From a virus (lineage: Duplodnaviria; Caudoviricetes): a stretch of 64,000 nucleotides of DNA. Under the pieces are notes generated by a model. The model was not told the DNA's origin, made no database searches, and saw only the letters and a list, made by a program, of their open reading frames with translations. The position numbers and the translations under genes were made by a program. Below are positions 16,669 to 26,521 of this stretch, one piece after another; position 1 is the stretch's first letter, and every line of letters starts with the position of its first letter. Where the stretch lies: positions 8,820 through 72,819 of IMG/VR virus record IMGVR_UViG_3300032038_000060; one strand, given 5' to 3'.

Positions 16669-18600
16669 ATGAGCCGCATTGGAACTAACATAAATGTCAG
16701 TTCAGACAATCTGGAGGCGAAGATGATGCCAGATATTGACGAGGAAAGACCCGAACCCGAAGAGGGTGGGGAAGTAGATTTGCTGGGTGACGGTCAGCAT
16801 AAGATATACATGCACCGTGGGCAGTTGGACATCTACAACTTTGGCTCATCTCATTCTATCGTCCGTGCGGCCCGTGGCTTCGGCAAGACCTCGCTCTTAG
16901 GCATCGACAGCATGAAGTGTGTGCTTGGCTTGCCGCGTCTGATAGGACTTTTCCTTGGTGCCAGTGCCAAGCAGCTGATGTGCCGCACCATGCCCAATGT
17001 ACTGAAGATATACGACATGCTGGGTTTTCAGGAGGGTGTCTTCTATTTTCGTGGGCAGGCTCCTGCCAAGCTGCGATGGGAGATGCCGTTAGCGAAGATA
17101 CGCAACTGGGAGAGTGCCGTGCATTTCCAAAATGGCGCAGTCATGCTTGGAATTTCAATGGCAGTGAAGGGTAGTTGTAACGGCATAAACGCCGGATGGA
17201 TGAGGGGTGACGAGACAAAGTATATGCCGTGGTCGAGAGTAAAGGAAGAAGCCTTCCCTACTGTGCGTGGTGAATATCTGCCTAAGGCCATGCGTAAAAC
17301 TGAGCAGAAGCGGTGGGGCTACGGCACTGATCCGAAGATGAACAACTATTATTGCTCCACCATGTTCGTCAGCGATGCCGGTCTGACTCAGAAGCAATGT
17401 GAGTGGGAGAAGGAGGAGATGTATGAGACTCACGACATTAACAAGCAAATTGCGGAAATGCTGGCAGACCTAAAGTATCTGGAACGTCACAATCCAAAGA
17501 TGGCGGTACAGCTGGCACAGAATGAAACGTTTTTGAAGAAGTTGCACCTGCTGCGCTCGCAGAGCGAGACATTCTGGAACTTCTCTTCCTTGGAGAACGC
17601 TGCTATGCTCGGCGGTGAGGCGTGGATACGCCAGATGAAACGGCAGTTGCCAGACCTGATGTTCCGTATCCAGATTCTCGGTCAGAAGAAAGGTGCCGCC
17701 AAGGATGGCTTCTATTCCAACTTCGACATAGACATCCACGGCTACACATGTGATGACTTTGAGACCTATAGCCTGATGGCCGACATGTTTACCGTGAAGC
17801 AGAAGGGTAAGGCGCTCGACGTGCAGAAGTGGCCGACCGCCTACGAGACGGAGAGCATTGACTACGACCGGTGTAAGGCTGCTGCCGACAACTGCAGCCT
17901 TGATACGGACGTGGACTATACAGAGCCGCTGCGTATTGCTATCGACTGCAATGCCAACCTGAACTGTATGATTATCGGACAGACAAGGAACTTCGAGGGC
18001 CGTCAGTCGCTGATGATACTGAAGAGCATATATGTTATGAACGAACGGAAGTTGCGTGCGCTTTGCCGTGACTTCACGGATTATTATAAACCCCATCTCA
18101 GACGTAACGGCAATGTGGTGTTTTATTTTACCAGCACGATTAAACAAGGCGCAGCAACTGCGTACGCCGTAGAAGGGGCGGAGGATAACCGTTTTGACAG
18201 GGTGGTTATTCAGGAGCTCTCGCAGATGGGCTGGGATGTGACGGACGTAGATATGGGCGGTGCGATGTTCCGTGAGGACAAGTATCAGTTTATCAACGAC
18301 GTGCTGGCTTTCCAGCAGACACCAGCACTGCGTATCAACCGCGAGGCTGGTCGTAACGACTACCTGATTACCGCCATCGAGAATGCCGGCATCCTGCCTG
18401 GCACGTTCAAGAAGGACAAGAGCAGGGAGAAACTGAAGAGTACCGACCCGGACTCTCTGGGCGGCGACCCCCGTGAGCGTACCGACGTGACGGACGCGCT
18501 GGATGATTTGCTCATAGGTGTGCGCTTCCACGGAGAGGGACGCCCGAAGATTGGCGGTGGACTGCGTGGCAGGTACAGAAATATCAGATTAGGGCATTGA
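16669..18600 (+). CDS. terL: Terminase large subunit
   Basis: Walker A AARGFGKTS, Walker B MRGDETKY, nuclease motifs IAIDCNAN and TDVTDALDDLL. Confidence 0.85.
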   Translation: MSRIGTNINVSSDNLEAKMMPDIDEERPEPEEGGEVDLLGDGQHKIYMHRGQLDIYNFGSSHSIVRAARGFGKTSLLGIDSMKCVLGLPRLIGLFLGASAKQLMCRTMPNVLKIYDMLGFQEGVFYFRGQAPAKLRWEMPLAKIRNWESAVHFQNGAVMLGISMAVKGSCNGINAGWMRGDETKYMPWSRVKEEAFPTVRGEYLPKAMRKTEQKRWGYGTDPKMNNYYCSTMFVSDAGLTQKQCEWEKEEMYETHDINKQIAEMLADLKYLERHNPKMAVQLAQNETFLKKLHLLRSQSETFWNFSSLENAAMLGGEAWIRQMKRQLPDLMFRIQILGQKKGAAKDGFYSNFDIDIHGYTCDDFETYSLMADMFTVKQKGKALDVQKWPTAYETESIDYDRCKAAADNCSLDTDVDYTEPLRIAIDCNANLNCMIIGQTRNFEGRQSLMILKSIYVMNERKLRALCRDFTDYYKPHLRRNGNVVFYFTSTIKQGAATAYAVEGAEDNRFDRVVIQELSQMGWDVTDVDMGGAMFREDKYQFINDVLAFQQTPALRINREAGRNDYLITAIENAGILPGTFKKDKSREKLKSTDPDSLGGDPRERTDVTDALDDLLIGVRFHGEGRPKIGGGLRGRYRNIRLGH

Positions 18601-19321
18601 TGATTGAACTCGATACGATATACAACGAGGACTGTCTGGAGGGTATGCGGCGCATGCCGGACGGGTGTGTGGATTTGGTTATTACAGACCCACCATATCT
18701 GATAGGCAATCAGGGTGGGGGATTCTGGAGCAAGGCAGCGGAGGGCAACCATTACAATGCTCGCGGTACTCGCAAGGGTATGGAGAAGCTGGGCAATATC
18801 AAAGACGGCTTTGATGATGCCATTCTTGACGAACTCTGCCGCGTGATGAAAAAGATAAACCTCTACGTCTTTTGTTCGCAGAAGCAGATACAGCGTTACC
18901 TCGATTACTTTGTCAACAAGAGAGGCTGCAACTGGAACCTGATATCATGGCACAAGACGAACCCGATACCAGCCTGCGGTAACAAATATCTGAGTGATAC
19001 GGAATTTATCCTGTTCTTCAGAGAGAAGGGCGTGAGGGTGTATGGCACCTACGAGACAAAGCGCACGTTCTATGTCACGCTGCGTAACCAGGAGGATAAC
19101 GTGCGCTATAACCATCCCACAGTGAAGCCGCTGAATATCATCCGCAACCTTATCATCAACAGCAGCGAAATGGGGGGGTAATTTTAGACCCTTTCATAGG
19201 AACGGGCACTACTGCCGTCGCTGCAATGCAGGAGGGTAGGCGATATATAGGCTTCGAGATAGACAAAGGATATTACGAGACGGCGAAGGGACGAGTCTCT
19301 GCCCTTGCAAATCACGTGTGA
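18600..19321 (+). pseudogene. N4/N6 DNA methyltransferase split by a frameshift at a G7 tract (19172-19178)
   Basis: DLVITDPPY and HPTVKP lie in frame 0, which stops at 19181. The SAM motif VILDPFIGTGTT..YIGFEID continues in the -1 frame to TGA at 19321. Confidence 0.85.
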
Positions 19322-19335
19322 GCACCTTATTTTGG
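19301..19335 (+). promoter_or_regulatory. Putative phage late promoter (portal)
   Basis: GCCCTTG-N20-TATTTTTG; this variant also fits TAnnTTTG. Confidence 0.65.
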
Positions 19336-19362
19336 GGATAAAATAAAAACACAAACACAGCT

Positions 19363-21165
19363 ATGAGTAAGAAGAATAGCAATAAGGGTAATGGCGTTAC
19401 TATCCACCGCCCATCGACCTATAATGAGTTTTCCAAAATTCACAGTTCACTGCTGTCGAGACGCTTTGCTGCTATTGACACGCTAAAGCCCGGCACAGTG
19501 CGTGACATATCACTGGCACTGGGCGATGCTGCCAATGCCGGTGCTGAGCAGATGGCAGCCGGCATGGGCTGCGGTGCATGGAGTACTGGGCCGTTGTCAA
19601 AGGTGGCATGGGCGTTCGACGGTCGCGACAATACTGTTCATTCCGTCAAAGACAAAGACGGCAAGGATATGGGCCTTGGCTATGTGGACTGGGGTGCCGG
19701 CAATAATGTTCCGTCGGTCATACCGCCGTTGGCGATGTCAAGCCCTTATACTGCCGCACCTTTGAGGTATATCGCCGACCTGATATCCGGACTGGGTGTC
19801 AGACTGATGTACCGCTTTCCTGACGACAAGCTGGTGCAATATAAGTATGCAGGTGAGATACTGAAGCAAAAGGTGCGTGAATTGGAGAAGCAGAACCCCG
19901 TAGAAGATGTCATCGACGAGGTAAACGGTGTAGTTGCTATGGCTACAGGCTCAGAGCAACAAGCCCGTAAGGAAAACCCTGAACTGAAAGATGCCAAGGA
20001 GGCGTTGGATAAGTGGGAGAGGGTATGGTATGGCTATGAGGAAAAGGACGAGATTTTGGGTAGTACTCACATCCCCGGTGCCAAGGAATTCCTGGAGGAC
20101 AATAACCTCGACCTACACCTGTCACAGTGCATGCAGGACCACGTGATGCTGGACATCCACTTCCCGACGGTGGGTCTGGAACGCGGGCACAAGGGGTCTT
20201 GGAATCCCAAGGTGATACAGGTGGGACATATAAGCGCTGCTACGATGCGCATTGAGAAACAAAATGAACATGGGCACTCAAACCACTGTTACCGTTCAGA
20301 GCAGTGGCGTACCCTCGGCATAGGTTCCAAGGTTGTCACCGACCCAGATAATCAGAAGATTGTGATGTACCCTGCGTGCATGCCGCAGCATCTGCTCAGT
20401 GACTTGAAATATATCGTGAAATCGAACCAGAAGACACGCATAAAGGCACGTCCTACGTGGGTGGTATGCCCTACGTTCTATCCGTCACTCAACAAGCCGT
20501 ATTACCCACAGCCTGCATGGTGGAGCGTCTTTACGAGTAAGGCGTTTGATTTCTCGGCGACCATTTTGTATGACAAGTATAAGGCCCGCGAGAACTCTAC
20601 CTCGTGGGGTAAAATTATATACATCAGCCTTGACTACCTGAACATGGTGTTCGGCGACATGGGCATTGCGGGCAACAAAGAGGAGCAGGACAAGTATGTC
20701 GAAGAGCTTGATCAGGAAATCGAACGGTTCCTGCAGCAGCGCGAGAACAACGGCAAGATGATGCGCCAATTTATGTGGGAAGGGAAGGACAGTAAGCAGA
20801 ATAAGAACATTGAGATTGTCGATGTTGCAGAGACCGTGAAGGATGCCGTGCAGGCCGGCAAGGACGAGTTGGAACTGGCTACCTCTCCTATATTTCTGGC
20901 GTTAGGAATAGATCCGCGCCTGGTCGGTGTGCCGATGGTAAAGTCAAGCAACGGCGGTACGGCTGTCAGGGAGTTGCACCTGCTGAAGCAGCAGCAGCTG
21001 AACATTCATCAGAGGCTATACCTGAACTGGCTCAATACGGCTGTCTGTGCCTTCAACGGCTGGACCGAAGGCAATGCAGAGTTCCATATTGTGCAGCAGA
21101 CGCTAACCACGCTTGACAACAGCAAGACCGGCACGGTAGAGACCATCGCCGGCGAAGAGGCGTAG
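19363..21165 (+). CDS. Portal protein
   Basis: 600 aa after terL. YVDWGAGNNVP..SPYTAAPLRYIADLISGLG, LALGIDPRLVG and SNGGT..RE motifs resemble Bacteroidota phage portals. Confidence 0.7.
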   Translation: MSKKNSNKGNGVTIHRPSTYNEFSKIHSSLLSRRFAAIDTLKPGTVRDISLALGDAANAGAEQMAAGMGCGAWSTGPLSKVAWAFDGRDNTVHSVKDKDGKDMGLGYVDWGAGNNVPSVIPPLAMSSPYTAAPLRYIADLISGLGVRLMYRFPDDKLVQYKYAGEILKQKVRELEKQNPVEDVIDEVNGVVAMATGSEQQARKENPELKDAKEALDKWERVWYGYEEKDEILGSTHIPGAKEFLEDNNLDLHLSQCMQDHVMLDIHFPTVGLERGHKGSWNPKVIQVGHISAATMRIEKQNEHGHSNHCYRSEQWRTLGIGSKVVTDPDNQKIVMYPACMPQHLLSDLKYIVKSNQKTRIKARPTWVVCPTFYPSLNKPYYPQPAWWSVFTSKAFDFSATILYDKYKARENSTSWGKIIYISLDYLNMVFGDMGIAGNKEEQDKYVEELDQEIERFLQQRENNGKMMRQFMWEGKDSKQNKNIEIVDVAETVKDAVQAGKDELELATSPIFLALGIDPRLVGVPMVKSSNGGTAVRELHLLKQQQLNIHQRLYLNWLNTAVCAFNGWTEGNAEFHIVQQTLTTLDNSKTGTVETIAGEEA

Positions 21166-21247
21166 TCTGTTGGAAACAGGATGGTTTCTGGTTTCTGGTT
21201 CCAGGTTTTAAGTTTCAGGTTTCAAAAAATACAAAACAGGAAGTAAG

Positions 21248-21305
21248 TTTTTTTCATACATGTTTTTTGGTGCAGCTGGCCGTGACGGTTCGCTGCATTT
21301 TTTAT
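21248..21305 (+). terminator. Terminator with an upstream TTTTTTCATA motif and inner CCGTGA hairpin
   Basis: TGCAGC..CCGTGACGG..GCTGCA plus T6. An opposite-strand terminator GGGTGG/CCACCC follows. Confidence 0.6.
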
Positions 21306-21369
21306 GCAAAAAGGGTGGGGGCTTAGCGCCTCCACCCACCATCACACGGCAATGTAATGGTCGTTCCGG

Positions 21370-21861
21370 TCAAACACCGAAGTACTTACGGATGTTATAC
21401 ACGCCATCCTTGTCCTTCAGGTTCTTCAGTGCCAGCTTATAGCAGGCGGTGATGATATCCTTGTCGGTAGGAACAAGTGTCTTGCCTATAAGCTCTGCAA
21501 TGTTTTCTCCGAAATCAGAGTAAATCTTGTTCATTTCCACCCAGAGTGCGCAACGATTGTAGGCAGGCTGTTCTTCAAGCGGCAGACCGAAAGATTCCAT
21601 AGTATTCTTCCATGCCTCACGCTTCCAAGGAGCTGACGGGTCCATCTTTGAGACGATAGCTTCTGCCTCCTTCGGAGTGAGATACTGTTTCCACTTGATA
21701 GCCTCCAACTTGTCAATCATCTCTTCTGCCTCTGCAGGCATCTTCTGGATCATGACGTCCATCATTTCGGTCATGACATTGCCAAAGACCTTCATGTTCT
21801 TCGGGTTCTGGCTCTGAGCCATCATATTGTACAGCTCAGAATACTTTTCCTTTAAATTCAT
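21370..21861 (-). CDS. Conserved-looking phage protein, last gene of the seven-gene operon
   Basis: Met-rich helical 163 aa; YLTPKEA..YNRCALWVEMNKIYSD..ALKNLKDKD motif. Confidence 0.7.
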   Translation of the reverse strand: MNLKEKYSELYNMMAQSQNPKNMKVFGNVMTEMMDVMIQKMPAEAEEMIDKLEAIKWKQYLTPKEAEAIVSKMDPSAPWKREAWKNTMESFGLPLEEQPAYNRCALWVEMNKIYSDFGENIAELIGKTLVPTDKDIITACYKLALKNLKDKDGVYNIRKYFGV

Positions 21862-21906
21862 TTCTTTGTACGTTTTGTGCGGAGGTTCCCCGCTGGTTTA
21901 TTACAA

Positions 21907-22260
21907 TTAGGACACGGTGCCTGCGGTATTACCGCTGTCGGCATCTGCGGCAGGCGTGTCGTTCTCGGTGTTTGGATAATTCTTCTCATAAAGCCACAAG
22001 TATAAAGTGTCGACAAATCCTTCTAACAGTTCAAGCCACAAGGCCAGATAGGCGCACAGGAAAGATATTGCAAGCAATAGTGGTATGTCGGAAAAACCGA
22101 CTACCCACACTTCGTATATCAGGACAGACCAGAAGGTGAAGCACTTTGGGCAGTTGATGATGGGAATCTCTATGTCCACCACTTTTTCTGCTGCCTTGAC
22201 AAGTCCGAGGTGGTTTGCCGTGACGCAGACGAAGACTATGCTTGCAATATCAATCCACAT
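21907..22260 (-). CDS. Membrane protein with a CPKC motif
   Basis: Three hydrophobic segments; INCPKCFTFW. Confidence 0.7.
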   Translation of the reverse strand: MWIDIASIVFVCVTANHLGLVKAAEKVVDIEIPIINCPKCFTFWSVLIYEVWVVGFSDIPLLLAISFLCAYLALWLELLEGFVDTLYLWLYEKNYPNTENDTPAADADSGNTAGTVS

Positions 22261-22262
22261 GG

Positions 22263-22721
22263 TTACGCTCCTGTTGCCACGTTAAGCGTTACGGTGATGG
22301 CAATGCAGTTGGTTACATTGCAGCAAGGCTGTACGTTTGTAGGAGCTGCAACAGCCGTTCCTACTATCACTGTAGGCGTTGTAGCCGCAGAGCATGGCAC
22401 GCATACTGTGCAGTAGATGTTCTCCGTCCGTGGGCACTGGTTGCACTGACAGCCGCAAGTGTAAGGCATGTAGGTGCAGGTGCCGGAGATAAGCACTTCC
22501 TGACAGTATTCCGTTGTACCATTGACTGTCTGTGCGACGGGCAAGCCGAGGGGTGTTGCCTTCAGGTCAGCCGAAACTGGATAGGTTTCAGAAGTACAGA
22601 GTTTCTTGTTGCCACATGTGTAGTGGTCCAACTGAAGCAGATAGTTAGCATCTGCTGCAGTGCCTCCGGGATAAGGCGTGAGCGATAGCACGAAGGTCTT
22701 TCCGTTGTTGTTACAGTTCAT
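22263..22721 (-). CDS. Cys-rich protein (15 Cys in 152 aa)
   Basis: CGCQCNQC, CTVCVPC and CCNVTNC clusters. Confidence 0.75.
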   Translation of the reverse strand: MNCNNNGKTFVLSLTPYPGGTAADANYLLQLDHYTCGNKKLCTSETYPVSADLKATPLGLPVAQTVNGTTEYCQEVLISGTCTYMPYTCGCQCNQCPRTENIYCTVCVPCSAATTPTVIVGTAVAAPTNVQPCCNVTNCIAITVTLNVATGA

Positions 22722-22756
22722 AGTGTTTGTGTTGTTGATTGTTTAGGGAGTCTATT

Positions 22757-23047
22757 TTATTCGCCGCTTCCCATTTGCGATATTTCGTTGGCAGGAAAAA
22801 TCGGCATTTCCGATTTTGCTTCTGTGTCTATCGCAACAGCCTCACTGTTCTGGATGTCATCTATCTTTTCGGACAGTCCCTTAATAGTGCCTTGCATGCT
22901 TACGATTGACATTTGCATTGCCTCCATCATACGCATGGAGTTGTAGGTGTGTTGTGCTGCGCAATACTGCCACTGCACCTTACGGTCTGTAATCGCCCTA
23001 CAGTTCAGGCAATCGCCGTTACATTGGAATTTCTGTGTTTCGTCCAT
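22757..23047 (-). CDS. Small protein with CxxxCxxC..C and a coiled coil
   Basis: MDETQKFQCNGDCLNC..YCAAQ. Start moved to the ATG at 23047. Confidence 0.65.
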   Translation of the reverse strand: MDETQKFQCNGDCLNCRAITDRKVQWQYCAAQHTYNSMRMMEAMQMSIVSMQGTIKGLSEKIDDIQNSEAVAIDTEAKSEMPIFPANEISQMGSGE

Positions 23048-23052
23048 AGCTC

Positions 23053-23277
23053 TTACGGTATTTGAAAATATTGTATAATCTGTTTCTTGACGAGATAGTT
23101 CTTGTCCCAATTCCTAAGGGCCTGCGTCACTTTCCTTGCGGTGACTGCGCGGCACTGTGAGGCTTGGAAACCGATGAAGGTGATGATGGCCTGGCGGCAT
23201 TCTTCTACCTCCTGTTCATTCTCCGCATAGATATTGAAGGAGAGCGGAAATCCTTTGAGTTGTTTCTGTGCGTCCAT
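23053..23277 (-). CDS. Hypothetical protein (74 aa)
   Basis: Tightly packed in the operon. Confidence 0.65.
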   Translation of the reverse strand: MDAQKQLKGFPLSFNIYAENEQEVEECRQAIITFIGFQASQCRAVTARKVTQALRNWDKNYLVKKQIIQYFQIP

Positions 23278-23292
23278 ACTATTGCCGTGTTA

Positions 23293-23658
23293 TTAGTTGA
23301 TTTCTGGTAATGGTTCTTCTTCTGCAGCTTCTGCCACGTCTTCGCCTATTGACGGCAGTGCGCCCCTGTTGGCGATTATCGAGCGTATGAAATCATAGCC
23401 GCTGATGATATCGTTCTTATTGTTTTTGATGAACGAGAAGAAGTCTGACGTACCACTCTTCATCTGATCCATGAAAGTTGGCGGCACTGGGTCGAAGTCG
23501 GGCAGCTTCATATTCTTGTTATAGAAGTCCACCATCTCTTGTGCCTTCTGCATATCACCTTTATGATACCACATGGCAACCTGTATAAGTTGCGCCTTGC
23601 TTGTGGGTATGTATGACTGAATAAATTCCATACGCTTTTTGTCTTTAAACCATAACAT
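23293..23658 (-). CDS. Hypothetical protein (121 aa)
   Basis: Tightly packed in the operon. Confidence 0.7.
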   Translation of the reverse strand: MLWFKDKKRMEFIQSYIPTSKAQLIQVAMWYHKGDMQKAQEMVDFYNKNMKLPDFDPVPPTFMDQMKSGTSDFFSFIKNNKNDIISGYDFIRSIIANRGALPSIGEDVAEAAEEEPLPEIN

Positions 23659-23725
23659 TTTTGCCGTGTATTAAATGAAAAAGGGAAGGTGCCGAAACCG
23701 ACACCTTGTCCCAAAGGTTGTGCCT

Positions 23726-24280
23726 TTACATGCCACATCCGCAGCCGCTTGCAGGGCAAGCACATGGCTTAGCATCCTGATACAGTGCTACACGCTGTGG
23801 ATTCTCAGAGTAACGGCCTGTCATAAGACCTGTCATTACCTGCTGTGTTGCCACTTGCGATGCAGCAAGCTCTGCCTGCTGTTGTGCTGTGAGAGAGGAT
23901 GTCTGCTGACCTGAGATGGTATCAGTTATTGTCTGACTGATATTCAAATCACCTTGCAGACGCTCCTGGCGCTCTGCTGCGAACAAGTTGGTGAGCTGGT
24001 CAAGCTGACGCTGAGAAGCAGCAATCTGTGCATTGGCGAGTTCCTTTGCAGCGATAGCAGCCTCACGTGCCTGGTTGGCTTTGGCATTACCATACAGAGG
24101 AGCGAAGATCCAGGCTGTCACGCCTGCAACCGTCCCGACAATACCTGTTACAAGGCCTGTCACTGCGATGCCGGAGGTGTGTCCTTTGGCCTGCATGTTC
24201 TGAGTCTTGAACTGCTCATAGGGTGACATGCCGCTTTCGAGGCTCTTCAATGTCATAAGGTCATTCAATTCGAGTGCCAT
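23726..24280 (-). CDS. Membrane/coiled-coil protein with a C-terminal CACPASGCGCG tail, first gene of the operon
   Basis: Gly-rich TM (GIAVTGLVTGIVGTVAGVTAWIF), Gln/Ala coiled coil, Cys-Gly tail. TACTTTTG -7 element at 24347-24340. Confidence 0.75.
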   Translation of the reverse strand: MALELNDLMTLKSLESGMSPYEQFKTQNMQAKGHTSGIAVTGLVTGIVGTVAGVTAWIFAPLYGNAKANQAREAAIAAKELANAQIAASQRQLDQLTNLFAAERQERLQGDLNISQTITDTISGQQTSSLTAQQQAELAASQVATQQVMTGLMTGRYSENPQRVALYQDAKPCACPASGCGCGM

Positions 24281-24406
24281 AGTTGAAAAGTTTTAAGAGT
24301 GAATAAATTAGGTTACACGTCAAAGCGCTTTTGACAATGCAAAAGTAGTAACCTTTTTACCCTTAAAACAGAGGTAAAACACTCTTTCAGACTTCACAAA
24401 ATGAAG

Positions 24407-24600
24407 TCATTTAACATCTTGACCGAGCCTGCGGATTATCCGTTGTATCCTGGATTTGTTGATGCCATGTGCCAAAGAGAGTCGCATAATAACAAAACGG
24501 TATTTGAAGCCTTTCCGTCGCATTTCCAGTTACTCTCCTTGGCACCATAATCTGACATCGTTTTTAACATAATCCTTGCTAATTCTTTCAAAACTTGCAA
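24407..24600 (-). pseudogene. Frameshifted paralog of the HTH gene at 42678-42911
   Basis: LKTMSDYGAKESNW, then after a 31-nt deletion relative to the paralog, MRRKGFKYRFVIMRLSLAHGINKSRIQRIIRRLGQDVK-stop in another frame. Confidence 0.8.
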
Positions 24601-24793
24601 GCGCTCGGCATCCCGAAGGGTGACGCTTGCTACCAACGGGACGCAAGAATTGGAAAGAAATAAGCAGATTTAAACCTGCTTAATCGGCAAGGTATAGTTA
24701 ATTATTGCAAATAAATAAACTTTTTCGGGGTTTTATATTGCATATATTATATTTTCTTATTACCTTTGCACTCGAAAAGATAACCGAAACGAC

Positions 24794-24991
24794 ATGAAAC
24801 GAAATAAAGGAGGCCGCCCAGAGACTGACCGCAAGAACGCCATCACCATTCGCATCAGCGATGAAGCGCAGCGCATCTTGGACGGCGAACACAATAAGAG
24901 TGAGTTAATAGATGCCCTCATTCGAGGCAAAGCAGCACGCCTGCAATGCCCGAACTGTGGCACAGTGATTACGATTAAAACGGAGGACTGA
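24794..24991 (+). CDS. Small DNA-binding protein (RHH-like plus CPNC zinc knuckle)
   Basis: GGRP..ITIRISDEAQRIL..NKSELIDALIR..QCPNCG. TACCTTTG at 24761-24768. Confidence 0.65.
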   Translation: MKRNKGGRPETDRKNAITIRISDEAQRILDGEHNKSELIDALIRGKAARLQCPNCGTVITIKTED

Positions 24992-25170
24992 TGATGGCAA
25001 AGGATTTACTTGACATCGGAATAGAGTTTCTTAGGGAGTACATAAATGCGACGCCCGAAGAACGACAGCAGTTTGCCCATAGAGTTAGTACGATGGGGTG
25101 TAGTGCCGATGAACTCTTAGAGGCTTCTGAGAGAATCAGAGAAATAGCAAAAACAATTAAGGAGGAATGA
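24991..25170 (+). CDS. Small helical protein (59 aa), paralog of 61376-61522
   Basis: EYINATPEERQQF..GCSADEL..EIAKTI. Overlaps the previous stop codon. Confidence 0.6.
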   Translation: MMAKDLLDIGIEFLREYINATPEERQQFAHRVSTMGCSADELLEASERIREIAKTIKEE

Positions 25171-25173
25171 ACT

Positions 25174-25635
25174 ATGGGAGCATATATTGCAAGACAGCCA
25201 AACGGCCTGCTGTGCCGGTTCTCGTCAGTTGTGGATGCCGTGACGCACTACAACTACAGCGAGGAAGAGTATATAGAACTTTGTGCGGAGAAGGCGAGAG
25301 AAGAAGCACGTCGCAATCTGCAAGACCCGCACTTCATCGAGCCGTTTGACCGCGTGGTGGATGATGTCCGCTTTGACAACATCACTTACGAGGAATGGGT
25401 GAAGCAAGCGGGCGAAATGGGTTACACGGAGCCCGACTGGAAGTTCAAGCCTGGCGACTGGGTGATAGTCCACAGCGACAAGGACAATACGGACGGTCAC
25501 GAGGGCGAGGTGTGGAAATCGTCAAAGGATAAGGACGGCAGGATAAGGGTCGAAGTGTTCATAGAAGAGTTGGGAGGTTCGTGGCTATTTGACGAATCGG
25601 AACTAACGAAGACAAATAATGGAGCCACCGCTTGA
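25174..25635 (+). CDS. Hypothetical phage protein with a C-terminal SH3/KOW-like segment
   Basis: IARQPNGLLCRFSSVVD N-terminus; FKPGDWVIV..GEV..IRVEV. Confidence 0.65.
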   Translation: MGAYIARQPNGLLCRFSSVVDAVTHYNYSEEEYIELCAEKAREEARRNLQDPHFIEPFDRVVDDVRFDNITYEEWVKQAGEMGYTEPDWKFKPGDWVIVHSDKDNTDGHEGEVWKSSKDKDGRIRVEVFIEELGGSWLFDESELTKTNNGATA

Positions 25636-25665
25636 CGATAAGGAATTGTTGAAGGAGGACTGAAT

Positions 25666-25998
25666 ATGGAAGACTGGAAAATCAAGGTTGGTCTATGGGA
25701 GTGCAAGAACATGTACGGCTTGACCGAAGAGGAAGAAATGCTGCCGTTCCTGCCGAGAGTGAACGACGTGTTTTGGATGTCTGATGCCTGCGAGGAAAGG
25801 CTTAGGAAAAGGCTGCGCAAATGTTTGAAAGAGCATGGATGTGGCGACGGGTGCCCGTTCACCAACGAGAAGGGCAAGACGGACATCAAGGACGAGGTGA
25901 TGGTACACGAGGTTTTTTTCAAGGTCGAAGACCACGAGGTCGAGCTGACGTTGAGAAAGGAAGGCGATGTTGTATGGGACCAGTACAAAATAGATTAA
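25666..25998 (+). CDS. Hypothetical protein (110 aa)
   Basis: Co-oriented ORF with a GGAGG leader. Confidence 0.65.
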   Translation: MEDWKIKVGLWECKNMYGLTEEEEMLPFLPRVNDVFWMSDACEERLRKRLRKCLKEHGCGDGCPFTNEKGKTDIKDEVMVHEVFFKVEDHEVELTLRKEGDVVWDQYKID

Positions 25999-26002
25999 GA
26001 CT

Positions 26003-26362
26003 ATGCCGCATAAGATAGCACTCAACGGATTCGGAAGGCTGGGCAGGCTTGCGCTGATGGCGCAGACGTTGCCGCTCATGCCACCGGTGGCGAAACGGGT
26101 ATTTGAGGATGGCATAGAATCGCTGAAAGACGTGATTAACGAGAAGGACAATCGGAATGTCAGCCTGCGGATGTACCCGACACCAACCAGCAGGGAGTTC
26201 AAACTGAGACCGCCTGAGTCTGTCGTGACGGATGCTGTGGTCGATACGTCGGGCATACCAAATCCACGATATCACGACCGCACGTTCCCGAAGGACTACT
26301 ACAAACGGAAGAAGGCGAAACGTCGTCAGCAGAAGCAATCAAAGAAGAGGAGCCGTAAGTGA
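26003..26362 (+). CDS. Hypothetical protein with a basic C-terminus
   Basis: Co-oriented ORF followed by a terminator. Confidence 0.6.
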   Translation: MPHKIALNGFGRLGRLALMAQTLPLMPPVAKRVFEDGIESLKDVINEKDNRNVSLRMYPTPTSREFKLRPPESVVTDAVVDTSGIPNPRYHDRTFPKDYYKRKKAKRRQQKQSKKRSRK

Positions 26363-26373
26363 CTCCTCTTCTT
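26342..26373. terminator. Hairpin terminator between convergent units
   Basis: AAGAAGAGGAG/CTCCTCTTCTT 11-bp inverted repeat. Confidence 0.6.
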
Positions 26374-26521
26374 GTTTCGCAGGGCGTGGTTGGCGTTACC
26401 CAACTCTCGACGTTCTGTGCGGTGTCGCTGGTCAGCCACGTGTTCGGCTGTGCTTCCTGCGGAAGTGTAAGCAGAACGTGTTAATCTTCTACGGACATAC
26501 CGAACGCCCCGATGGTTTATT

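Noticed and set aside
17470-18531. Long antisense ORFs (also 30783-31649, 46284-47285, 49302-50045)
   Set aside because: Shadow ORFs opposite well-supported genes, expected from codon bias; no motifs or leaders.
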